A DNA stretch of 60,834 nucleotides from an uncultured Gammaproteobacteria bacterium (GCA_913045115.1 CAJWPJ010000004.1:1-60834), one strand, 5' to 3'; numbered from the stretch's first letter, positions 12,085 to 22,676 are shown. The notes: generated from the letters alone by a model not told the origin. Numbers and translations are program-made.

Positions 12085-12354
12085 ATGAGTAAGAACAAGA
12101 CCGTAAAAAATTTATCAAATAGTAGTTTAAGTGCTGTAGTTAAAAAGGAAGCAAAATTATTCATCAAAAATATGAATGGCAATGGAAGTAAATCTAATAT
12201 GCATAGTCTATTTTTAAATGATACGGAACGCACTCTCATAGATACTGTACTAGAAATATGCAGGGGTAACGTTACAAAGTCTGCAGATTTTCTTGGAATA
12301 AGCCGTGGTACGCTTATAAAAAGGATAAAAGATTATAATTTAAAAATTAAATGA
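12085..12354 (+). CDS. fis: Fis family DNA-binding protein
   Basis: 89 aa with the C-terminal HTH GNVTKSADFLGISRGTLIKRIKDY. Positioned directly upstream of purH, as in many gamma/betaproteobacteria. Confidence 0.8.
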   Translation: MSKNKTVKNLSNSSLSAVVKKEAKLFIKNMNGNGSKSNMHSLFLNDTERTLIDTVLEICRGNVTKSADFLGISRGTLIKRIKDYNLKIK

Positions 12355-13898
12355 AAAAAATCGCCCTAATAAGCGTGTCTGACAAAACGAATGTAGACAC
12401 ACTTGCATCAGAATTGATTTCAAGGGGTTATAATATTATATCGACGGGTGGGACAGCTAAATTCCTGATCAGCAAAGGTATAAAAATTATACCAATATCA
12501 GACTTTACAAACTTTGATGAGATACTTGAAGGAAGAGTAAAAACACTTCATCCTATTATCCACGCAGGGATTCTAGCGAAATCAAAAAAAGATATAGATA
12601 ATCTCAATGATAAAAAATACTCGTTGATTGATATCGTAGTGGTAAACTTATATCCATTTGAGAAGACCATATCTAAAAGGAGTTGTAGCTTTAATAACGC
12701 TATTGAAAATATTGATATAGGCGGCCCGACCCTACTAAGAGCATCTGCAAAAAATCATCAACGAGTAACTGTATTGACTGACCCATCAGATTATGATCAT
12801 GTTCTTGAAGAACTGGATAAAAATGGAAAAGTGAAATCATCTACAAGGCTAAAATTAGCAGCTAAAGTTTTTTCTAAAGTATCTAAATATGATTCTGTAA
12901 TATCCTCATATTTGAGCACGAAGTTGACTGATCCAAAAGAATTTATGCAGGAGAAAATACTTATAGAAGCACATGAACTAGATAAGCTGAGATATGGAGA
13001 AAATCCTCATCAAAAATCAAAATTATATAAAATTATCAATCCTTCATTGACTGAATTTGATTATAACCAATTATCAGGGAAAGCTCTTTCCTTTAATAAC
13101 CTTGTAGATACTGAGAGTGCATATTCATGCGTAGAACAGTTTAGTAAACCCTCTTGTGTGATTGTAAAACATGCAAACCCTTGTGGTGCTGCGAGTTCAA
13201 ATAATTTGAATCAAGCCTATGACTATGCTTATAAAACAGATCCAACTTCTGCATTTGGAGGGATAATTGTTTTTAATAAAAAATTAAACTCAGAACTCTT
13301 AAAGAAAATTATCAAAAGGCAGTTCGTTGAAGTTATTGCTGCTCCATATTTTGATAAAAAATGTCTTGAGATCATTAAGGAAAAACCGAATATAAGAATG
13401 CTTGAAATTAAACTGAAAAATAAAGGTGACTTAATCTATGAATCAAAACTACTAAGAGATAAATTATTAATACAAGAGAAAGATGAGAAAGTAATTACAA
13501 AAAAATCATTACTAGTTATGACGAAGAAGAAGCCAACATCGAAACAACTAGATGATATGATCTTTGCTTTCAAAATATCAAGATATGTAAAGTCGAATTC
13601 TATTGTTTTTGTAAAAAATAATAAAACTCTTGCCATAGGGGCAGGACAGATGAGTAGAATTGATTCAACAAATATAGCTTTCAATAAGGCAAAAAAAGAG
13701 AAAATTTCGCTTAGTGGATCCGTTATGGCATCAGAAGCATTCTTCCCATTTAGAGACAATGTTGATTTAGCAAAAAAAATCGGGGTCTCTGCCATTATAC
13801 AACCAGGAGGTTCCATAAACGATGAGAAAATAATTGATGTCGCAAATAAACATAAACTAGCAATGTGTTTTTCTCGCACAAGAGTATTTAAGCACTAA
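12351..13898 (+). CDS. purH: Bifunctional AICAR transformylase / IMP cyclohydrolase
   Basis: MGS-like N-terminal domain (ALISVSDKT...GGTAKFL) and AICARFT domain. 515 aa. ATGA overlap with fis. Confidence 0.96.
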   Translation: MKKIALISVSDKTNVDTLASELISRGYNIISTGGTAKFLISKGIKIIPISDFTNFDEILEGRVKTLHPIIHAGILAKSKKDIDNLNDKKYSLIDIVVVNLYPFEKTISKRSCSFNNAIENIDIGGPTLLRASAKNHQRVTVLTDPSDYDHVLEELDKNGKVKSSTRLKLAAKVFSKVSKYDSVISSYLSTKLTDPKEFMQEKILIEAHELDKLRYGENPHQKSKLYKIINPSLTEFDYNQLSGKALSFNNLVDTESAYSCVEQFSKPSCVIVKHANPCGAASSNNLNQAYDYAYKTDPTSAFGGIIVFNKKLNSELLKKIIKRQFVEVIAAPYFDKKCLEIIKEKPNIRMLEIKLKNKGDLIYESKLLRDKLLIQEKDEKVITKKSLLVMTKKKPTSKQLDDMIFAFKISRYVKSNSIVFVKNNKTLAIGAGQMSRIDSTNIAFNKAKKEKISLSGSVMASEAFFPFRDNVDLAKKIGVSAIIQPGGSINDEKIIDVANKHKLAMCFSRTRVFKH

Positions 13899-15241
13899 TG
13901 GGTTTGAAAATATTAATTATTGGTTCGGGTGGAAGAGAACATGCATTAGCATGGTTGATATCAAAATCTAAGCGTGAAATTGATAAGATTTTTGTGATGC
14001 CAGGTAACGCCGGTACATTAACAGAAAAAAATGTATTTAATATTGATTGTGATATTAGCAATAAGAATGATGTATTAGATTTTGCTCTTGAAAATAAAAT
14101 TGATCTAACGATTGTTGGCCCTGAGGTTCCTTTAGTAGATGGTATAAGTGATTTGTTTGAAGATAATGACCTTAATATTTTTGGTCCCAAAAAATATTTT
14201 TCTCAACTTGAGGGGTCTAAAGCATTTTCTAAAAAGTTTATGAAAGATAACAAACTCCCTACTGCAGATTATGAAGAATTTGAAGATGCTGAAAAAGCAG
14301 TTGATTACCTTGACTCTAAAAAGCCGCCTTTTGTTGTTAAGTATGACGGATTAGCCGCTGGCAAAGGAGTTGATATATGCGAAAGTATTGAAGATGCGAA
14401 ATTGTCTATCTCAAATTTGCTTAAACCTGATGAGAAGATAATTATTGAGGATTTTATTAAAGGAATAGAGCTTTCATCAATATATATTTGTAATCCGAAT
14501 GCCTCAAAAAAAACTCTTGGGCTTCCTTGGATAAAAGATTATAAATCTCGTGATGAGTATAATGCCGGTCCTAATACCGGAGGTATGGGGGCAGTTACCC
14601 ACCCTTATTGCTCATTTAAAAAAAATGATATCTATGCACTCAATACTGAAATAGAAAAGATTCTCATAAAGACAATTGTTTCAATAAATAGTAGCTCTGG
14701 TAATAAGAGTAACTATAATGGTTTTTTGTATTTAGGATTAATGATATCTGTAGAGGATAATAAACCATATTTATTAGAATATAATTGCAGAATGGGAGAC
14801 CCAGAAACTCAGAGCCTCATGATGTATTTATATAAAAATGACGTTGATTTTCTAGATCTTATTGGTTTTGATAATTCAAAATATCCTGATAACTTTAATC
14901 TGACATTCATAGACGATAAAGAATTTTCAGGGTATTGTTGCACAATTGTACTAGCAGCAGATGGATATCCGGTAAGCCCGAAGAAAGATTTTTATATAGA
15001 CTTATCTGGAATTGATGAAAAACCAAATTTAAAAATTTTTCATGCTGGAACAAAAATTAGTAATGGAGCAGTTAGAGTCACTGGTGGTAGGATATTATCC
15101 ATAAATACATGTTGTGATCGTAAACAGGATGCAATTGATCTAGCTTATGAAAACATTCGAAAAATAAAAGCTTACACAGATCCAAAATTGGAAGATGAGG
15201 ACTCGTCATTAATATTTTTTAGAACAGACATTGGTTCTTAA
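13898..15241 (+). CDS. purD: Phosphoribosylamine-glycine ligase
   Basis: KILIIGSGGREHALAW, GPNTGGMGA, NCRMGDPETQ. 447 aa. TAATG 1-nt overlap with purH. Confidence 0.96.
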   Translation: MGLKILIIGSGGREHALAWLISKSKREIDKIFVMPGNAGTLTEKNVFNIDCDISNKNDVLDFALENKIDLTIVGPEVPLVDGISDLFEDNDLNIFGPKKYFSQLEGSKAFSKKFMKDNKLPTADYEEFEDAEKAVDYLDSKKPPFVVKYDGLAAGKGVDICESIEDAKLSISNLLKPDEKIIIEDFIKGIELSSIYICNPNASKKTLGLPWIKDYKSRDEYNAGPNTGGMGAVTHPYCSFKKNDIYALNTEIEKILIKTIVSINSSSGNKSNYNGFLYLGLMISVEDNKPYLLEYNCRMGDPETQSLMMYLYKNDVDFLDLIGFDNSKYPDNFNLTFIDDKEFSGYCCTIVLAADGYPVSPKKDFYIDLSGIDEKPNLKIFHAGTKISNGAVRVTGGRILSINTCCDRKQDAIDLAYENIRKIKAYTDPKLEDEDSSLIFFRTDIGS

Positions 15242-16060
15242 TTACAAGGTCTGACACTTGTTACAGAAAAACGATGATCTTCCTGATATTTTTATATTAC
15301 TTATCAAGTTTTTTTTATGAATAGGACAATATTTTTTTTGATAAACTAACAGCTCTTGAGAAAAATATCCTGGTTTACCCTCTGCATTTACAAAATCTTT
15401 GATAGTTGATCCGCCCATAGATATAGCTCTTGATAAAACTAATTGAATATTTTTTATCAGCTTCTTATACTGAGATTTTGTAACTTCATTAGCAAACGTG
15501 CCGGGGTGTATCTTAGATAAAAACAAAGCCTCTGTAGCATAAATATTACCTATACCAACGACAATCTTCTGATTCATAATTAGTTCTTTTACTGAACATT
15601 TCCTCTTACTAGAAATATTGATTAAATATTCGATATTAAAACTTGCTGATGTAGGTTCAGGGCCTAAGTTTTTTAATAAAAACATATTACTCAATTTTTT
15701 GGTTATATGGATAGATCCAAATTTTCTTACATCGTTATAGATGAGAAGAAATTTATCAAAATACAATAGAAGATGATCATGTTTTTGCTTCTTATACTTG
15801 CCAACTTCTTTAAATGAAACTATACCTGTCATACCCAAATGAATTACAATGGTGAGTATAGAATCATTGAATTGAAGTAAAATGTATTTTCCCCTTCTAG
15901 TGACTTTTTGTATGGTTTGACCTTTAATACCTCTAATGCCTTTAGAGTTGATTGGCCACCTTAGTTTTGCATTTAAAACCTTAGTATTTATAACCTTTTT
16001 GTTAAGTATTTTCTCTGACAAATAATTCTTAACGGTCTCAACTTCTGGTAATTCAGGCAT
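15242..16060 (-). CDS. mutM: Formamidopyrimidine-DNA glycosylase
   Basis: MPELPEVETV N-terminus and a C-terminal zinc finger CPIHKKN...CNKCQ. 272 aa. Confidence 0.95.
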   Translation of the reverse strand: MPELPEVETVKNYLSEKILNKKVINTKVLNAKLRWPINSKGIRGIKGQTIQKVTRRGKYILLQFNDSILTIVIHLGMTGIVSFKEVGKYKKQKHDHLLLYFDKFLLIYNDVRKFGSIHITKKLSNMFLLKNLGPEPTSASFNIEYLINISSKRKCSVKELIMNQKIVVGIGNIYATEALFLSKIHPGTFANEVTKSQYKKLIKNIQLVLSRAISMGGSTIKDFVNAEGKPGYFSQELLVYQKKYCPIHKKNLISNIKISGRSSFFCNKCQTL

Positions 16061-16115
16061 AATGATTTGATATAGTGTAAATTCTTGTTAATATAATAGC
16101 TTATTGGAAACTAAA

Positions 16116-17267
16116 ATGATTGAAATATTCATAAACGGAATTATACCACTTACTACTCTCGGATACGTGATCTACACTCTAGCAGTTACACACATCACAA
16201 TTGTCGCTATCACGCTATATTTGCACAGAGGGGTCTGTCATTCTGCGATTGATATTCATCCAATACTCTCACATTTTTTCAGATTTTGGTTATGGATAAC
16301 TACATCAATGAGAACTGCAGATTGGGTTGCTATCCATAGAAAGCATCATGCCAAAGTTGAAACAGAGCATGATCCACACAGTCCTGCATTTTTTGGCATT
16401 AACAAAGTTTTATTTCAAGGTGCGGATCTTTATCACATGGAAAAAAATAACAAAGAAACAATTGAGAAATATTCCCAAAATTGCCCGACTGATTGGATAG
16501 AGGAAAAAGTATATACTGGAAGAAATAATTTAGGAATATTAATTCTATTCATATTAAACATAATTCTATTCGGGACAGTTGGAATAATAATATGGTCTAT
16601 CCAGATGATGTGGACGCCTATATTTGCGGCTGGCGGAATAAATGGAGCTGGCCATCATTGGGGATATAGAAACTTTAATACTAATGATGACTCAACAAAT
16701 ATGTCGCCTGTCGGAATTATTATTGGAGGTGAAGAATTACACAATAATCATCATGCTTATCCAACTGCAGCAAAATTCTCTCTCAGGCCATGGGAATTTG
16801 ATATTGGATGGATGTACATCAAATTATTCGGTTGGATGGGACTTTGCAGAGTTAAGCGTTTAGCGCCTAAGCCTGTCGTTCAAAATGAGCAAAATACTGA
16901 TTCTAAGCTGATTACTCAATCGATATTACAATCAAAACTTGCCGTAATTACAGATTATACACAGAAAGTACTTAAACCAATTTATAAAAAAGAAAATTTT
17001 CATTTATCGTTCAAGCTTTTAGCTGACCATCCAAATAGGTTGAATCAAAAGCAAGAAACAAAAGTAAATAATTTGCTTGCTAAAAATAACAAACTTAACG
17101 CGGTTTATAACCTAAAAAATAAACTTCATGAACTCTTGCACTCGAGAGAAATTAAACATGACAACTTTGTGGAAATATTAAATAAGTGGTCGGACGAAGC
17201 AAAAACTCACGGTATCGAAGCGTTAGATGACTTCATAGTAAGACTGAGAAGTTATAAAGTTATTTAA
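16116..17267 (+). CDS. Membrane fatty-acid (acyl-CoA/acyl-lipid delta-9 type) desaturase with a C-terminal helical extension
   Basis: Histidine boxes [15 protein letters not shown] and HNNHHAYP. The ATG at 16116 is preferred over the TTG at 16104. Confidence 0.85.
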   Translation: MIEIFINGIIPLTTLGYVIYTLAVTHITIVAITLYLHRGVCHSAIDIHPILSHFFRFWLWITTSMRTADWVAIHRKHHAKVETEHDPHSPAFFGINKVLFQGADLYHMEKNNKETIEKYSQNCPTDWIEEKVYTGRNNLGILILFILNIILFGTVGIIIWSIQMMWTPIFAAGGINGAGHHWGYRNFNTNDDSTNMSPVGIIIGGEELHNNHHAYPTAAKFSLRPWEFDIGWMYIKLFGWMGLCRVKRLAPKPVVQNEQNTDSKLITQSILQSKLAVITDYTQKVLKPIYKKENFHLSFKLLADHPNRLNQKQETKVNNLLAKNNKLNAVYNLKNKLHELLHSREIKHDNFVEILNKWSDEAKTHGIEALDDFIVRLRSYKVI

Positions 17268-17415
17268 TTTTCTTTTCGGAATAAATCACATATTTTCTGA
17301 CAACTGGATCGAATTTTTTGATTTCCATTTTGTCAGGCATAGTTTTTTTATTCTTTGTTGTAGTATAAAAGTGGCCAGTGCCAGCAGATGATACTAATTT
17401 AATTTTCTCTCTCAT
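17260..17415 (-). CDS. rpmG: 50S ribosomal protein L33
   Basis: Not in the ORF track because it is under 60 aa. My translation of the minus strand gives [51 protein letters not shown]. The start overlaps the rpmB stop (TAATG). Confidence 0.93.
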   Translation of the reverse strand: MREKIKLVSSAGTGHFYTTTKNKKTMPDKMEIKKFDPVVRKYVIYSEKKIK

Positions 17416-17639
17416 TAATCTAGTCCGTATTTAGATAATGCGGCATCAAGGCCGAGTTTGTTAACTATTCTCAATCCTTTGTTTGAAAGGGTCAATTTAA
17501 TGAATTTATTTTGCTTTTCTGACCATAGTCTATGTGAATGCAGATTAGGCTCAAACGTACGTCTTGTACGATTCTTAGCATGGGAGACATTATTGCCCAC
17601 CATAACTCTTTTTTTTGTAATTTCGCAAATTTTAGACAT
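17415..17639 (-). CDS. rpmB: 50S ribosomal protein L28
   Basis: [33 protein letters not shown]... is typical L28. The internal ATG is used; the 15-aa N-terminal extension in the ORF track is not L28-like. Confidence 0.93.
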   Translation of the reverse strand: MSKICEITKKRVMVGNNVSHAKNRTRRTFEPNLHSHRLWSEKQNKFIKLTLSNKGLRIVNKLGLDAALSKYGLD

Positions 17640-17715
17640 GATTTCGTAACTCAGTAATGATATCAGAAACCTAATCAGATACAATACTGTTTATTGTCAT
17701 TATTGAGAGAAAAAT

Positions 17716-18075
17716 ATGGATATTGTATTTATAAAAGAGCTTTGTATTGAGACAGTCATTGGTATTTATGACTGGGAGAGGAAAATTAAGCAATTTGTGT
17801 GCATTGATTTGGAATTAGGAACAGATATAAGTAATGCATCTGATAGTGATGTAATAGATGACACTGTCGACTATAAGGCTGTTTCAAAAACACTAAAGTC
17901 ATTTATTGGAGAAAGCGAGTTTCAACTAATTGAGGCTCTTGCAGAGGAATCAGTGAAACTAATTTTTAAAAACTTTAAAGTAAACTATGTAAAGGGTAGG
18001 TTTAGTAAGCCTGGCGCCGTTACAGGATCAAAAGAAGTAGGAGTTATAATTGAACGATATAGAGATGATGCATAA
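17716..18075 (+). CDS. folB: Dihydroneopterin aldolase
   Basis: MDIVFIKEL...IGIYDWER and DYKAVSK motifs. 119 aa, directly upstream of folK. Confidence 0.88.
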   Translation: MDIVFIKELCIETVIGIYDWERKIKQFVCIDLELGTDISNASDSDVIDDTVDYKAVSKTLKSFIGESEFQLIEALAEESVKLIFKNFKVNYVKGRFSKPGAVTGSKEVGVIIERYRDDA

Positions 18076-18550
18076 AGTTTATGTTGGCATTGGGAGTAAC
18101 ATAGATCCAGTTAATAATATTCGAAATTGTATTAAATCACTCAAAGAAAGCTTCACAAAATTAAATTTGTCACCAGTTTATGAATCATCCTCAATGGGAT
18201 TTGATGGTCCTAACTTTTATAATTTAGTTGCTTATTTTGAAACAAAGATCGAGCTAAAGTCATTAAAAAAAGTATTAAATGAAATTGAATCTAAGAATGG
18301 GAGATCATTGGGTGAGGTTAAGTTTAGTTCACGAACATTGGATATAGATATACTTTATTTTGATAACTTGATTGATACTGAAATGAACATTCCAAGAGGT
18401 GAGATTGTAAAGTTTGATTTTGTTCTTCGCCCACTTTATGATTTAGCTCCTGGTCATGTTCACCCTAAGACAAAAAAAACGCATAATAAAATGCTTGCAG
18501 ATGACACATATCAGAAAATGATTATAAAAAAAATTTCTCTAGAACTTTAA
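18065..18550 (+). CDS. folK: 2-amino-4-hydroxy-6-hydroxymethyldihydropteridine pyrophosphokinase
   Basis: VYVGIGSN..., RTLDIDILYF and LRPLYDLAP motifs. ATG at 18065 or 18068 preferred over the TTG at 18050. Confidence 0.88.
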   Translation: MMHKVYVGIGSNIDPVNNIRNCIKSLKESFTKLNLSPVYESSSMGFDGPNFYNLVAYFETKIELKSLKKVLNEIESKNGRSLGEVKFSSRTLDIDILYFDNLIDTEMNIPRGEIVKFDFVLRPLYDLAPGHVHPKTKKTHNKMLADDTYQKMIIKKISLEL

Positions 18551-18551
18551 T

Positions 18552-18974
18552 ATGAACTTGAAATATATTGTCTCATATTTTGGCCTTGTACCTTTTTTTT
18601 ATTTAGTTGTAGATGGATATTTTTTGGAATTTCTTGATATAAATTTTATTTTAGATATTGCCATATATATGGCGTGTATTATTTTTACCTTCATAGGGGC
18701 ATACAATTGGGACTTTAAAAAAAATAATTTTTATCTAGAATTATACGGATTCTTGCCAAGTTTGATTTCTATAATAATTATTATTTTTAATATGCTTGGT
18801 TATAGCAAAGTTTTTTTAATTAATTCTGTTGTGATTGCATTTTTAGCACAATTAATCGTTGACTTATTTATAACTATGAAACAAATATTTCCAACTACCT
18901 ATTACCTTAAACTACGTATCCCAATTACAGCTAGCTTGTCTCTGAGCCTTATACTTATATCCTACTTGGTTTAG
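18552..18974 (+). CDS. Small four-helix membrane protein, DUF3429-like
   Basis: 140 aa with about four hydrophobic helices. YFGLVPF and FIGAYNWDF resemble the DUF3429 Y-x-GL-x-PF and G-x-x-HWG motifs as I remember them. Starts 1 nt after the folK stop. Confidence 0.55.
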   Translation: MNLKYIVSYFGLVPFFYLVVDGYFLEFLDINFILDIAIYMACIIFTFIGAYNWDFKKNNFYLELYGFLPSLISIIIIIFNMLGYSKVFLINSVVIAFLAQLIVDLFITMKQIFPTTYYLKLRIPITASLSLSLILISYLV

Positions 18975-18975
18975 T

Positions 18976-19707
18976 TTACATATTTAACCTTCTACCACCA
19001 TCAACATTAATATTTTGACCTGTGATATAAGGGCTTTCGATTAAAAGAAAATATACTGCTTTTGCAATATCAAGCGGTTCTCCACTACATCTCATAGGTA
19101 TTTTGCTGAGGATATCCATTTTTTTCTTTTTACTTGAATCGCTCTCAGGCCACATTATAGCTCCTGGTGAAACTCCATTAACCCTAATATGTGGAGCAAG
19201 ATCTTTTGCTAGGGACCTAGTTAATGCCAGTAATCCGGCTTTACTTACGTTGTAAATAATATGATCTTTTAGTGGTGGCTCAACATGAATATCAATAATA
19301 TTTACTATTGCACCTCTTCTTTTCTTAAGCTCCTTGTAGAAATAGCTAGATAGAAATAATGGGGCTTTTATGTTTGTATCAATAGTATCGCTCCAAACCT
19401 TATCGGATATTTCATTAATCTTAGTTGGGTAAAATTTAGAGGCGTTATTGATCAGATAATCTACTCTGCCGAATAGCTTAAGTATATTTCTGGTTGTCTT
19501 GTTAAAATCAAGTTTTGAATTAAACTCTACTTTATAAATCTCGCAAGAGCATTCTCTTTTATTGTTTAATGATTTCTTGAGCATTTTTGCATCTTTAGAG
19601 GATTTGCTATAAGTGATAACTATATTCATTCCTTTCGAATGAAGATAGCTGGCTGTTTCGGCACCAATTCTTCGTGCACCACCAGTAATTAATACGACTT
19701 TATTCAT
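18976..19707 (-). CDS. folM: Pteridine/dihydromonapterin reductase (FolM/PTR1-type SDR)
   Basis: The SDR has the TGGARRIG (TGxxxRxG) signature characteristic of FolM/PTR1, plus a YNVSK catalytic motif. 243 aa. Confidence 0.75.
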   Translation of the reverse strand: MNKVVLITGGARRIGAETASYLHSKGMNIVITYSKSSKDAKMLKKSLNNKRECSCEIYKVEFNSKLDFNKTTRNILKLFGRVDYLINNASKFYPTKINEISDKVWSDTIDTNIKAPLFLSSYFYKELKKRRGAIVNIIDIHVEPPLKDHIIYNVSKAGLLALTRSLAKDLAPHIRVNGVSPGAIMWPESDSSKKKKMDILSKIPMRCSGEPLDIAKAVYFLLIESPYITGQNINVDGGRRLNM

Positions 19708-19776
19708 TAATATATAATTACATAATCTAAAATTAATTTATACTGCTTACATGGCTATTTTTGGGACAGGTAAATT

Positions 19777-20856
19777 ATGTTAAAAGAGAAGCTAAAATCA
19801 AAAATTAAAAAAAGTAAATCCATAAGCTTCTCAGAGTATATGGAAGTAGTTCTCTTTGACAGTGAACATGGGTTTTATGAAAACAAAAAAATATTCGGTA
19901 AAGATGGTCATTTCACAACCTCTCCTTTAGTTTCTAAATATTTCTCTCATTGTATTGGAAAAAATTTTATTGATATCAGCAAACAAAATAAAATTAATAA
20001 TGTTGTAGAGTTTGGCGCAGGAAACGCAAAACTTGCAACGGATTTGATCCTATATCTAAGAAATCAGAAAAATCTCCCAGAAAAATATTATTTATTTGAA
20101 AAGTCATCATGCTTAGTCGAAGCTCAGAAAGAAGTAATAAATAATCATAATTTAGATAAATCTTGCGATTTCATATGGATAAAAGATTACAATGAGCTAC
20201 CTTCTCAGGCATTTATTATAGCAAATGAGTTTTTTGATTGTATACCTACTGACCTTTTTCGACGAAAAGATAATCATTATCAGAAAGCATATATCAATAA
20301 CAGCCTGGAGCTAACATGGCAGAAGTATGATCCTCACTCAGAGTTATCTCTAGATTACCTATCGTTACCCAGTAATCTACCAAATAATTATGTTTTTGAA
20401 TTTAGTTCAGGGCAATTTGACATTATTAATAATATTAGTAGGTTTATAGATAAAGCTTACTTTCTGATATTCGATTATGGATATTCTGCAAATGAACTTT
20501 ATATAGATGATCGAATTGATGGAACTATAGCTTGCATCAAAAATCATTTATCAGATTTCAACCCTCTTAGTGAAGTAGGAAATAAAGATATAAGTGCTTT
20601 TATAAACTTTTCATACCTTAGAAATATATTCGATTGTAAGGAGTGGTCTACTAAAGCCTTTATGAGTCAAGCTAATTATTTATTAAGTTTTGAAATCCTT
20701 GACGATATAGATATAAGTGAAATTAATGAATTGAACGCTATTAAAAAATTAATTTTACCAAATCATATGGGTGAATTATTCAAAGTTCTTATTGCTCATA
20801 AAAATATCAATATGATTTCGAATAAATTTATAAGAAATGACATAATGAAGCTATAA
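19777..20856 (+). CDS. Class I SAM-dependent methyltransferase, DUF185 / NDUFAF7 (MidA) family
   Basis: 359 aa. FGKDGHFTTSP, EFGAGNAKLA (SAM motif I), ANEFFDCIP and FDYGY are typical of the family. Confidence 0.75.
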   Translation: MLKEKLKSKIKKSKSISFSEYMEVVLFDSEHGFYENKKIFGKDGHFTTSPLVSKYFSHCIGKNFIDISKQNKINNVVEFGAGNAKLATDLILYLRNQKNLPEKYYLFEKSSCLVEAQKEVINNHNLDKSCDFIWIKDYNELPSQAFIIANEFFDCIPTDLFRRKDNHYQKAYINNSLELTWQKYDPHSELSLDYLSLPSNLPNNYVFEFSSGQFDIINNISRFIDKAYFLIFDYGYSANELYIDDRIDGTIACIKNHLSDFNPLSEVGNKDISAFINFSYLRNIFDCKEWSTKAFMSQANYLLSFEILDDIDISEINELNAIKKLILPNHMGELFKVLIAHKNINMISNKFIRNDIMKL

Positions 20857-21620
20857 TGGATATACTAAATATAATTATACTTTCGTTAATCCAGGGTATA
20901 ACAGAGTTTCTCCCGATTTCTAGTAGTGCTCACTTGATTTTATTATCTGAGCTTACTGATTTTCCAGATCAAGGTTTAAGGTTTGATATAGCTTTGCATG
21001 CAGGGTCTTTACTGGCAATTTTAATTTATTTTAAAGATGAACTTAAGCGAATTCTTACACTCACGAGCGATGGTAAAAAGTATTTAAAGATAATGATAAT
21101 TGCTTCAGTACCTTTACCTGTAATAGGAATAATATTTGTTGATTATATTTCTATTTATATGAGAAATATTCAATCTATAGCTCTAATGACAATACTTTTT
21201 GCTTTACTACTTTATTTTGTGGATAAGGGAAGAAAAGAAGATAAAAATATCCTTAGTTGCTCTGTACCGATACTTTTTTTTATCGGCTTTATGCAGGCTC
21301 TTGCAATAATACCAGGTGTATCCAGATCAGGAGTTGTAATTACGACTGCACTATTTATTGGGTTCAACAGAAATGATTCCATAAAGATATCCTTCCTGCT
21401 ATCAATCCCGGCTATTTTTATGGCATCAACATATCAAACAATGCAACTAATTAGTGTAGATGATATTGTTGTTCTTAGAGAATATTTTCTTGGCTTCTTG
21501 TTATCTTTTGTATTTTCTTATATGACAATTAAATTATTCACGTCTACGATTAATAAAATAACTTTCTCTCCGTATGTTGTTTACAGAATTATATTAGGAA
21601 CAATTTTACTAATTATTTAG
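20856..21620 (+). CDS. uppP: Undecaprenyl-diphosphate phosphatase
   Basis: [17 protein letters not shown] and PGVSRSG motifs. 254 aa. TAATG overlap with the upstream gene. Confidence 0.93.
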   Translation: MDILNIIILSLIQGITEFLPISSSAHLILLSELTDFPDQGLRFDIALHAGSLLAILIYFKDELKRILTLTSDGKKYLKIMIIASVPLPVIGIIFVDYISIYMRNIQSIALMTILFALLLYFVDKGRKEDKNILSCSVPILFFIGFMQALAIIPGVSRSGVVITTALFIGFNRNDSIKISFLLSIPAIFMASTYQTMQLISVDDIVVLREYFLGFLLSFVFSYMTIKLFTSTINKITFSPYVVYRIILGTILLII

Positions 21621-22676
21621 GTGTTCTTTTATATGATGGATTGCAATTTCTCTATGTGAATTTTCTATAATTTCTTTGATCTGATCATTTGATTTTTTAT
21701 AGTCACCTTTATCTAGTTTGAATTTATTTAGTTTTTCTATTAGTGATCTAAAAAAATTAACTTTAGCTACGGTGTCATTATGGAGATACATTTCGAATAG
21801 ATTATCAATCCTGTCTTTTTTTCTGAGATCGAGTTTTTTTACAATATCTAGAAGATTATCATGCTGTCCTTCGATAGGCTCATATTCATGTATTCTTGCT
21901 ATTGACTGATTTAATAACATTGCTAAATCTCTGAATTCATTTGGAGCCTTCAATCTACTGCAAAAGTCACTAATATTTGAAACTTCCTCATATATAAAAC
22001 ATGAAATCATTTGAAGTTTATTACTTAAATTTGGATGCAAAGAGACATTATTTTTCTCCTTTTGTGAGATATTCAAGACTTTATCTGCACCAAGTTTTTT
22101 GAGTTCTTCCCTAAAGGACCAAGGATTGTCTGATTTGAACATCTCTAACCAAATTCTCTCTCCAGTTAAATGTTCTAATTCAGAGCTATCTACTATCTCA
22201 GCAACCTTAGTTATTGTCTCCGGTGCTATCTCAAAATCTTCAAATCTAACTTTAAATCTTGCTAATCTAAGAACCCTGAGAGGATCTTCTGAAAAAGCAT
22301 CTGATACATGTCTTAATTTTTTATCTTTGATATCTTCTTGCCCACCAAACGGATCTATAAGTGTTCCATCTTCATCCTGCGCAATAGCATTAATAGTAAG
22401 ATCTCTTCTTTCAAGATCTTCTTCTATGGTCACATCTGAACTTGTATCAAACTCAAATCCTGTATAGCCATGGCCAGATTTTCTCTCAGTCCTCGCAAGT
22501 GCATATTCTTCGCCTGATTTAGGATGAAGAAAAACAGGAAAATCTTTTCCAACTTGTTTGTAGCCTTTTGATTTCATCTCCTCAGGAGATGACCCGACAA
22601 CAACCCAATCTCTCTCCTTAGGAACTAATCCTAGTAGTTTATCTCTTATTGCACCACCAACAAGGTAAGTTTTCAT
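21609..22676 (-). CDS. cca: CCA-adding tRNA nucleotidyltransferase, short form
   Basis: [16 protein letters not shown]..., [17 protein letters not shown] and RRDLTINA motifs. 355 aa, with the C-terminal region shortened. Confidence 0.9.
   Translation of the reverse strand: MKTYLVGGAIRDKLLGLVPKERDWVVVGSSPEEMKSKGYKQVGKDFPVFLHPKSGEEYALARTERKSGHGYTGFEFDTSSDVTIEEDLERRDLTINAIAQDEDGTLIDPFGGQEDIKDKKLRHVSDAFSEDPLRVLRLARFKVRFEDFEIAPETITKVAEIVDSSELEHLTGERIWLEMFKSDNPWSFREELKKLGADKVLNISQKEKNNVSLHPNLSNKLQMISCFIYEEVSNISDFCSRLKAPNEFRDLAMLLNQSIARIHEYEPIEGQHDNLLDIVKKLDLRKKDRIDNLFEMYLHNDTVAKVNFFRSLIEKLNKFKLDKGDYKKSNDQIKEIIENSHREIAIHHIKEHLNN

Noticed and set aside
13436-14190. 147-aa and 100-aa minus-strand ORFs antisense to the purH 3' end and the purD 5' end
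   Set aside because: They lie entirely within well-supported conserved genes. The products are Ser/Phe/Ile-rich, as expected from reverse translation of Lys/Glu/Asn-rich sense sequence.
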